From a virus, in IMG/VR virus record IMGVR_UViG_3300027906_000009, positions 1 through 64,000 of that record: DNA of 64,000 nucleotides. The stretch is one strand, 5' to 3'. Shown piece by piece: positions 56,647 through 64,000 of the stretch. The notes under the pieces were generated by a model. The model saw only the letters and a list, made by a program, of their open reading frames with translations, was not told the DNA's origin and ran no database searches. Each line of letters opens with the position of its first letter. Within the stretch, counting starts at the first letter, position 1. The translations under genes were made by a program, and so were the position numbers.

Positions 56647-59240
56647 TATTCCACTCTAAACCTAAATTTTTCATTTAAAATTGATTTTTGATCGCCATGA
56701 ATACAACAAAAAGAGATTTCATAAAGGTACCTTTGTTGTAAATAACTAGTGTCTAAAAGAAAGTTACAACCCCGTTCGTTATACCCAAGTCCAGAAAAAT
56801 TTACTGCACTCCCGGTTGAAAATGGCACAATCACTAAATCATCTGCAACTCTTTTTATTTGGTAATATACGTTATCGAAATAATCAGGTGATGCATATCC
56901 TGTTACTTTTGAATATACATTAGGATTACTTAGTTTATTTTTTATAGTTACATTTAATTGAGACTTTTCTCCTGATTTGTAGCTTGGTTTCAAATTTTGT
57001 ATAGATGCAATCTTGTCTATATTCACGCTTTCGCCAGAATATATATCTCTATATGATTTAACCTTAACAGGAGAATTACCACCAAAACCTCTTATATTGC
57101 CGGTATTCGAATCTAATGCTTTGGAATTACTTCCTGTTGGTATAGTCCATTTCTCATACAATGTGTCTTGAGCTATATTGTTTGATATGATGAAAGATGC
57201 TTTATAGACTCCCGTCGATTGTTTAACGCAAGTGACGTCAACTCCTGAAACTGCTTCTGAAGAGTTTCCTCTAAAATTTCTTTTTATTATTTGCAAGTCT
57301 AAGGCCGCTTTAGGAAGAGGCCATTTTACGTCAGGATCCGAATCAAATACTGATCCACTTAGTGGTAAAGATTTTAAATAAGTTATAATGTCACCACCAT
57401 TAGTGGGATCTGTTTTAGTGGTTAATGTGTCGTGTGTGTTCGATGCATTGAAAGATCCAAAATCGCCAAAGAATTTTGGAGGCTGCAGTGATGTAGTTAT
57501 GGGATTTCCCGATGCATCTGCAGTTCGGTGTAACGTAACAGAAGAATTCCAGCCATGATTGTTACCCCCTACAACTCGAGTATAAATTCTGATTTTATTG
57601 AAGCCATAATTGATTGCCCGGAAAAGATTCGAGAACCCTGGATGTCTGTTCATTGTCTCAACTAAACTTTCCGCCGTCTTAACAATATTTTCCATACCAT
57701 CAGGAGAATATGCCGGATATGCCTGGGGGTGTCGTTGGATATGCCTCATTGCTCTTGCTCTACTTGCAAAGTTACGCTGTTTCAAGCCGATGGGATAAAA
57801 ATAAAAAGAAGTAGTTTCCAGCGTTAAGGGATTATAGTAAGATACTATGACTATACCAGAACCAGTATTTTGACTATTACCTCCAGTTGCCTGATCGTAT
57901 GCTGATGTCTCTAAAAGAGTTAGCATCTCGAATTCAGCATAAGCATTTTTTAAATCATCAGCCTCACTGTTGGATGTTGTATATACCGTATTATCTAGTA
58001 CTATTGAGACGTGTTCTGACAAGCCTTTATCTGTCGTCAATGCAAATTTTGGAATTGATGGTAGGTCCACTAGTTTCCCATTTATATAATTGTGATAGTA
58101 AAGGTTGTTTGTGTTTTGTGCATTTGTAAGCTTAGGGTCAGCAGTAACAAGTTTTCCTCTATCATCAGTAATCCTAGAATCCCACTGTGCCTCTATTACG
58201 GGCCTCTGGAAATAATATTCCGATTCTCTTGCCGAAAACTTCTTTGTGAAATATGATTTTTTTAAACTTCCGTCTTCGAAAGATCCAGAAAGCTTAATTA
58301 AAAAGCCATTGTTTTGAATCCCTGCGCCGCCTGAAAAGTTAACAACAACAGATGCCATATTTTTTGTTATTGTCGTGTTTCCGTAATACCCTTTATGCTT
58401 CTGGGTTATATTTACCTTTAATGGGTCGCTTCCATCAATTGCTCCGGAAAATATAGTGTTGAATGCTGAACTATCGAATAAACCTTTAAATTTTCCCACC
58501 ACTGTTGATATATTGTTACTACTAACATCTAACAAATGTGTTTTGTCAGTTGATCCAGAAGTGTTAGCAGTTTGTACTATTCTGTAGTCGCCATTAGTGG
58601 CGCGGAATTTCAGTGTTTCACCAACGGGTGGCACGGTACCAAATTTTACAGATCCGGATGCTGCAGAAAAATAAGAGCTTTCTTGTGATTTGATATACTC
58701 TTCAATTATTGGCGTCACATTGATGCTCAAATCTTCTAAACCGGTATCGAAAGTTTGATTAAATTCTACTGGAATTGTAGCGCTATTCATCTCTTGTTTT
58801 ATAGGTATCGATGCGCCTTCGGTCGCCCAAGAGAGGCCGGTATCTCTATATTGCCAGTTACAAGTGTCCAAGTCCGAAAACTCTTCCATATCTAAGCCTA
58901 ATCCCTCCCTCCAAGATTCAAGAATCGGAATGGCTGAAATGGTAAAATTTTTAGGTATTGTATTCCCATGTTTTACATTAAACAAATTTAAATTAAATTG
59001 AACTGAAGATGATGCTGGTATCAAGTTTGAGGTTCTATTTGCGGTTATTTCAGTTATAGGAAATTGTACTAAAATTCTGGTTTTTTCTATTGATGAAGTA
59101 GTGGCTTGACCATAGACAGAATAAATTTCTAGAACGTCAGATGCGCCCATGTTCGATAATTTACCAGTCTGGGACATACCGCTTTTGAATGCTGTTGTGA
59201 TAGTGTTATCTTTATTTGCTGTGTATCTTTTTATGGCCAT
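56646..59240 (-). CDS. Baseplate-associated virion protein (DNRLRE-like N-terminus) with inserted domains
   Basis: KDNTI...TRILVQF...W.EG.G...NNGFLIK...KKFSARES...PVIEAQWD; directly downstream of the gp6-like gene. Confidence 0.65.
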   Translation of the reverse strand: MAIKRYTANKDNTITTAFKSGMSQTGKLSNMGASDVLEIYSVYGQATTSSIEKTRILVQFPITEITANRTSNLIPASSSVQFNLNLFNVKHGNTIPKNFTISAIPILESWREGLGLDMEEFSDLDTCNWQYRDTGLSWATEGASIPIKQEMNSATIPVEFNQTFDTGLEDLSINVTPIIEEYIKSQESSYFSAASGSVKFGTVPPVGETLKFRATNGDYRIVQTANTSGSTDKTHLLDVSSNNISTVVGKFKGLFDSSAFNTIFSGAIDGSDPLKVNITQKHKGYYGNTTITKNMASVVVNFSGGAGIQNNGFLIKLSGSFEDGSLKKSYFTKKFSARESEYYFQRPVIEAQWDSRITDDRGKLVTADPKLTNAQNTNNLYYHNYINGKLVDLPSIPKFALTTDKGLSEHVSIVLDNTVYTTSNSEADDLKNAYAEFEMLTLLETSAYDQATGGNSQNTGSGIVIVSYYNPLTLETTSFYFYPIGLKQRNFASRARAMRHIQRHPQAYPAYSPDGMENIVKTAESLVETMNRHPGFSNLFRAINYGFNKIRIYTRVVGGNNHGWNSSVTLHRTADASGNPITTSLQPPKFFGDFGSFNASNTHDTLTTKTDPTNGGDIITYLKSLPLSGSVFDSDPDVKWPLPKAALDLQIIKRNFRGNSSEAVSGVDVTCVKQSTGVYKASFIISNNIAQDTLYEKWTIPTGSNSKALDSNTGNIRGFGGNSPVKVKSYRDIYSGESVNIDKIASIQNLKPSYKSGEKSQLNVTIKNKLSNPNVYSKVTGYASPDYFDNVYYQIKRVADDLVIVPFSTGSAVNFSGLGYNERGCNFLLDTSYLQQRYLYEISFCCIHGDQKSILNEKFRFRVE

Positions 59241-61066
59241 TAGAATATTTTCCCTGTAATGTCTTGTATATTTTTAACTTCCCAAATATAATTTTCAGGC
59301 ATGAAAATTTCTGATCCATCTGGCAAGGTATTTCCAGGGATGTCCCAAGATGTGTCTGAATAACCTTCTCCTGTTTTTACAATAATTTTTATTCTATTGA
59401 TATTTTCAATTTTAGGAGATGTTATTTCATTTAGTTTTTGTGTTATCCTACCTATTGAAAATGGAGTTCCTATTGTGGGAGGATCTAATTGTAATTTTTC
59501 GTAAAGCTTTTCTTTTATTATGGACAAAGCTGTGTTTTTATTCTCTAAGCGAGACAACTTTAAATCAAGCTCAATCCCTAAATTTAAGATGCTGGCATCA
59601 TATATATCATATTCATCATGAATCATTTTAACCCTGTTTAAATATGTTCGGACATTCGATCTGAGTGCGGAGCCTGCAGGAGCTAGTGTACCATCTGAAG
59701 TTTCCGAAACTAAATAAATATTTATTCTCTTTCTCAGCCCAGCGAGATTTTGTGTAACATTTACTTTCTTTATCTTACCATATTTTTCAGGCATTCTATA
59801 TATTTGCGCTTTTAAGTCACGGTGAGTGACCGCTCTACCTTGAGAGCCTCTCGAAGCTCTTAGGATTTGCGAGATCTCTTGAGTTGAACCAAAAGATACA
59901 TGGCCGCTAAAAGGCTCCGGATTATTACAAGATATATTGTTTTTAATTTCACTCATCAAAGAATCTGATAATGTATTTTTATCAAATTCTACTATTGCTG
60001 CAGTTACAGTATTTATAGTCCCTGCTGAAGCTCCAGTATTCACCCCATCGTTTGACCTATAAGTTATTGTAAGAGTTGTATCTTGAGGCGCTATACCAAA
60101 AGATTCGGAATCTGAAAACATTTCCGGTATAGTATCAACTTCCTCTGCAGCTATATTCCCCCTTGATTGTACAACGTTTGCTGAGGGTTCTGCTGGGATA
60201 TCTGAGTTGTCCTGCCCTACCATCAATTGTTTATCTGAACCCTTGCCAAATAACATGTAGAATCTGCCACTCTCTTTTATTATCTGAAATCTTCTTGGGA
60301 CCTGTTTTGTTGTATATGTTGACATGCCTTGAGAATATTCTTGTGCATTTCGTGGTTTGGTCTCTACCTCTATTGTGTCTAGCAGTAAATTTGCTACTTG
60401 AAAATATTCGCGGCCGCGGCTGTCGATACAACTAATGATTTCAGAAAAAGATTGGTCCGATATTAATATTTTTGAAAAGTGTGGCGTCTCTTGTTTTCCC
60501 ACATCTACTGAAAAACTTCTTCTTTGGCCAAGTTTTGCAAGTTTTGTAATCTTTGCCAACTTCATCGCGGATGTGGATCCATCTACACTATACTGTGAAT
60601 TTATAATTTCCATTGTATTTGGGTGAAAATATGCTGATTCCGCCAACTCCACTACTTGACCTTCTGCGCCGGAAAAAAGACTTTCAGCCTCAATTTCAAA
60701 AGCGGCATCTATATCGGGGGCACCTAATGCATCTTGTGGGTATGGTGCAATTATATCTAAAAACCCATATAAAACTGGTTGGGCTCCGAGGATCCAGCCG
60801 TCGTTAAGAGCTAGTTGGTCTAGAGAATCTTGGCCTCTTGCTGTATTGACATGGCACTCATTGGCCACAAAATGAGCATAAAAGTTTAATTGCTCGCCCA
60901 TCATGGCCATTAAGTCAAACATCAATGCGCCAAAACTAGAGTCACTAAAATCCCTATAAGTATCAGGATATCTTGTTTTTGCTCTGTTTATTAAATCCGA
61001 CCTTATCTCATCAAAAGTAACATTTGTGTAATCAGTCGTGTTACCACTTCTTCTATTTTCTGACAT
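59240..61066 (-). CDS. Baseplate wedge protein (T4 gp6 / baseplate J-like)
   Basis: DYTNVTFDEIRSDL...YPDTYRDFSDSSFG...LNFY; FGKG; QGRAVT..D. Confidence 0.85.
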   Translation of the reverse strand: MSENRRSGNTTDYTNVTFDEIRSDLINRAKTRYPDTYRDFSDSSFGALMFDLMAMMGEQLNFYAHFVANECHVNTARGQDSLDQLALNDGWILGAQPVLYGFLDIIAPYPQDALGAPDIDAAFEIEAESLFSGAEGQVVELAESAYFHPNTMEIINSQYSVDGSTSAMKLAKITKLAKLGQRRSFSVDVGKQETPHFSKILISDQSFSEIISCIDSRGREYFQVANLLLDTIEVETKPRNAQEYSQGMSTYTTKQVPRRFQIIKESGRFYMLFGKGSDKQLMVGQDNSDIPAEPSANVVQSRGNIAAEEVDTIPEMFSDSESFGIAPQDTTLTITYRSNDGVNTGASAGTINTVTAAIVEFDKNTLSDSLMSEIKNNISCNNPEPFSGHVSFGSTQEISQILRASRGSQGRAVTHRDLKAQIYRMPEKYGKIKKVNVTQNLAGLRKRINIYLVSETSDGTLAPAGSALRSNVRTYLNRVKMIHDEYDIYDASILNLGIELDLKLSRLENKNTALSIIKEKLYEKLQLDPPTIGTPFSIGRITQKLNEITSPKIENINRIKIIVKTGEGYSDTSWDIPGNTLPDGSEIFMPENYIWEVKNIQDITGKIF

Positions 61067-61593
61067 TATAATTCCCTCTCGTCGCTTGTATAAGAGATCC
61101 CCTTTCTGAAAAATTCTGGCTTTTCTGATTCAAATTTATCTAACTCTTCTATAAATATTTGGTTTTGCGAGTTTAATGAAAAAGAAGATGCAAAAACAAC
61201 AGTATTGCGGATGGCGTAGATTAAAACAATTTTCATCCTATTGTTATCTATATCGTTGCTTTCTGAATTGAATTTAAGATCCATTAATTTTATCTGTGGC
61301 AAATATCTTTGAAGTTGCCCTACTATTTTTGATCTTAATCCCATAAATTGCTCAGATGTTGAAAAATCGAAAAGACATCTTCGCAGACCAATTCCAAGAT
61401 TTGGTTTCATTGGCCACTCTCCGGGGTTTGTCAATAATAAATTTATAAAATTTCTTTGATACGATTTTTCTTTTGATGTTATCGGCCTATATGGACCATA
61501 AATATGATCATAGACCAACGGAAAATCAGGTTGCTGTTGCTTTTCTATAAAAGAGTTTCTTACTCTTGATTTTGTATCACTTATAAACGACAT
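61066..61593 (-). CDS. Baseplate protein gp25-like (GPW/gp25 family)
   Basis: NFINLLLTNPGEWPMKPNLGIGLRRCLFD...QLQRYLPQI. Confidence 0.85.
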   Translation of the reverse strand: MSFISDTKSRVRNSFIEKQQQPDFPLVYDHIYGPYRPITSKEKSYQRNFINLLLTNPGEWPMKPNLGIGLRRCLFDFSTSEQFMGLRSKIVGQLQRYLPQIKLMDLKFNSESNDIDNNRMKIVLIYAIRNTVVFASSFSLNSQNQIFIEELDKFESEKPEFFRKGISYTSDEREL

Positions 61594-61625
61594 AATTTTT
61601 GTTCCACTTATTAAATAGTTTTAAT

Positions 61626-64000
61626 CTAATAATCTTCGCATTCTTCAGAAGGTATTTCTTCGTTATTAATTACTCTGCAGTTTGCCTTTTTTAGTATCAT
61701 ATCTGATTTAAGTGCAGGAGTCGAAAGCGCTAAGGCAGTCCAAAGCGACAGGGCATGCCCGTATCTGCCGTATTTTCCAACATCATATTTGTTGCCTTTC
61801 TTCCAATCATCAGCATCTTCAGGATTTAAACAAGGTATATTAAAACCCCTGGACATATCTAAAAATGGAAGATTACCACCGTAAATATACGCGAGGGTCT
61901 TTAGTGTAGTTTTCCCAAGGCGCGCCGGTAATTTTCGCCATGAAGAAGTAACGGCGTATACAACATCCAGCGCGGCTATCGGTGTTATCGGTGCATAGGC
62001 CCCTTTTTCTTTGTTTCGTTGATCAGGCGTATCTCCCCTTGGCAAGAGAAGGCCGGCAGTCGTTGTGTCATCCATGGTACCCTCCCACGCAATCGATTTC
62101 CAACCAAAATCTCCGTATGGGTTGTCCTCGTGTGCGGATTCTATCCTTCTTAAATCACAATTCAAATAATGTTCTCTCATTTCTTGATAAGCAGGATCTA
62201 ACACTCGAGCAATCCCTCTAAATATTATAGATGGAAATTGCAGCGCTAATTTTGCAAGGTCTTCAAGCATTTGCAAAAAGAATTCCCCGCCGGGGAAACC
62301 AAAACAAGAAGCTTTTGTTGGGTCTGCTGGAAACTGATCCGTTAAAGTCTTTTGATATTGGTCTGGCTTTAAGGGTATCAAACCCCATTGTTCTCGGGCT
62401 GAGGTTGAACAAAGTTTCATCAAAAAACTTATTGATTGTTTGCAAGATTCAAAAGTTGTAGGTAACTTATTATATCCTCCTAAAATTGATGAAGACATAA
62501 TAGAGTACATGCCCATATATCTTTTTATGGGAAAAATTGTTTCGAACAGATCTCTATATTCTTGCTTTTCTTTTAGTTTCTGAACAATAAAATTTCTAGA
62601 AATTTCTCTGTCCATGCCATCCTTTAGGATTGATTCGCACGATTCTAGGTCTATTACTCTTTCATGCTTTACCAAAGGTATAGACAGTGCTAGATTATCC
62701 TCTAGATAGCCGGTAGACCGCACCCAGACCCTATATGCTCTTTGGGTTCTAGATATATCACCGCTGCGTATATCTTCAATATTGCATATTTCCCTCATAG
62801 CATTATCACTAAAAACATCATTTGGCCAGGGCCCAGAAATATTAAAAGTCCCAGATTGATCTTCCCCAGTTGGAATTAGACTTGAATCAAAATTAGATAC
62901 CGCTAACAGATTTAGTCTACTGCCATGTTTTATAGTTGAATTTTCAAAAATATCGCGAAGTACTTCTGTGTCAAAAACGTTATTTATTCTTTCTATTAGC
63001 ATGTTGAAACTTGCAGTACTTACAATCATTTCACCAGTTTCTTCAGAATTTTGATTAAACTTATCACTAAGTCGTAATCCTAAACCATTAGTATTAGTAT
63101 TGGCTCGAATATTTGGGTCTTCTATAATCTCCTTCGTTATAATTTTACCTGATAGTGAAACGTATGTTTCTATGATAAAGTTAGAAGTATTTTTTTCATA
63201 TACCTTTGATTGGGTCCTTCCAGGGCCGATAACTTCTTGTGCGGCAGAATATAACAATCCTGGGGCCCCCTGAATCGTCGTAGGGCCGAGAAAGGAAGAG
63301 GGTTCGCAAACTGGTATGTAATTTTTAGTATACCAATCAATACCATCTTCATCTGAAGTGTTGGGGTTAAATACTTGTTTTGAATAATCCGGGAGCTTTA
63401 TAAGTTCCTCTTCTATTAGAGATTTTAAAGCCAAGTCTGTATTTGTTATACCTGTGGTTCTCTCTAAAATATCTCTCCACAAATGTTTACAATTTCGGTT
63501 TCGATCCAACTCTAATTTTACATGATATATTATATAATCTTTATATAAAGGTTCAGTTATAACCGGTTCTATATCCCAATCTGAAAATGCCAAACCTCCT
63601 TTTAGCAGCGTATCGATAAGACACACTCTAACGAAAGCAACTAACGCTAAATTTTGCAGTGATTTTTCTAGGGGACCTACTGAATCTATTGTCTGATTAA
63701 ATGCTGAGTTTTCCGGCTTGCTAGCTTCTTTATAATATTCTTTTTTTGCATCTGATAATATAATTTTATTAAAATCTAAAACGGAATCACTAGTAAGTCC
63801 ATATCTATTTCTGATACATTTATTCTCTTCGTCGATGTTTACTTCCGCTGCGAGTCTATTATGAAGTTGCCCTGCATACTCCTCATCAAAAAGAGGCGAC
63901 TCTCTAAAACTATTTCCCATATTTTGAAAAACAGTTTCTGTCACATCTTTGTAAACATCAGTATATAAACCAGAATGTGCGGCTGAAGTAAGAGTATCCG
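61626..64000 (-). CDS. C-terminal part of a large hypothetical virion protein (extends beyond the window)
   Basis: The frame is open from 64000 to the stop at 61626; the GTG at 63944 is an internal codon. Confidence 0.7.
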   Translation of the reverse strand, partial: DTLTSAAHSGLYTDVYKDVTETVFQNMGNSFRESPLFDEEYAGQLHNRLAAEVNIDEENKCIRNRYGLTSDSVLDFNKIILSDAKKEYYKEASKPENSAFNQTIDSVGPLEKSLQNLALVAFVRVCLIDTLLKGGLAFSDWDIEPVITEPLYKDYIIYHVKLELDRNRNCKHLWRDILERTTGITNTDLALKSLIEEELIKLPDYSKQVFNPNTSDEDGIDWYTKNYIPVCEPSSFLGPTTIQGAPGLLYSAAQEVIGPGRTQSKVYEKNTSNFIIETYVSLSGKIITKEIIEDPNIRANTNTNGLGLRLSDKFNQNSEETGEMIVSTASFNMLIERINNVFDTEVLRDIFENSTIKHGSRLNLLAVSNFDSSLIPTGEDQSGTFNISGPWPNDVFSDNAMREICNIEDIRSGDISRTQRAYRVWVRSTGYLEDNLALSIPLVKHERVIDLESCESILKDGMDREISRNFIVQKLKEKQEYRDLFETIFPIKRYMGMYSIMSSSILGGYNKLPTTFESCKQSISFLMKLCSTSAREQWGLIPLKPDQYQKTLTDQFPADPTKASCFGFPGGEFFLQMLEDLAKLALQFPSIIFRGIARVLDPAYQEMREHYLNCDLRRIESAHEDNPYGDFGWKSIAWEGTMDDTTTAGLLLPRGDTPDQRNKEKGAYAPITPIAALDVVYAVTSSWRKLPARLGKTTLKTLAYIYGGNLPFLDMSRGFNIPCLNPEDADDWKKGNKYDVGKYGRYGHALSLWTALALSTPALKSDMILKKANCRVINNEEIPSEECEDY

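Noticed and set aside
1445-62461. Numerous + strand ORFs in the track (e.g. 7140-7763, 18570-19238, 19372-19977, 45503-46144)
   Set aside because: They are antisense shadows of well-supported - strand genes, with no recognisable motifs
1-64000. Stop-codon reassignment (alternative genetic code)
   Set aside because: Genes are full length and densely packed under the standard code, and TAG and TGA both end genes at sensible positions

Overview
This window is a 64-kb segment of a large tailed dsDNA phage (T4-like myovirus morphogenesis genes, standard genetic code). Essentially all real genes are on the - strand. Read in transcription direction (right to left) it contains: baseplate and giant virion proteins (gp25-like, gp6/J-like, a 3452-aa LamG protein and several paralogous conserved proteins); a DNA-metabolism islet (J-domain protein, RuvC-like resolvase, primase, fused SbcD-SbcC); a probable lysis/membrane cassette; terminase, portal and prohead protease; a phage-encoded ribosomal protein bS21; scaffold and major capsid protein; neck proteins; a repetitive fibre protein; sheath, tube, tail chaperone, tape measure and baseplate initiator/LysM genes. 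The most unusual observation is a ~110-130-aa domain (A[TS][GA]..T[LI]TQ...G..GNT.I...F.GG) inserted in frame into at least five unrelated virion proteins, once nested inside another copy of itself. Other points of interest are a candidate +1 frameshift in the tail chaperone, a recurrent upstream motif CTA(T/A/G)TTA (candidate late promoter), a shared N-terminal leader on small proteins, and two small ORFs missing from the ORF track. All product calls come from motif recognition and gene order by eye; no database searches were run. I saw no tRNA, rRNA or CRISPR array.
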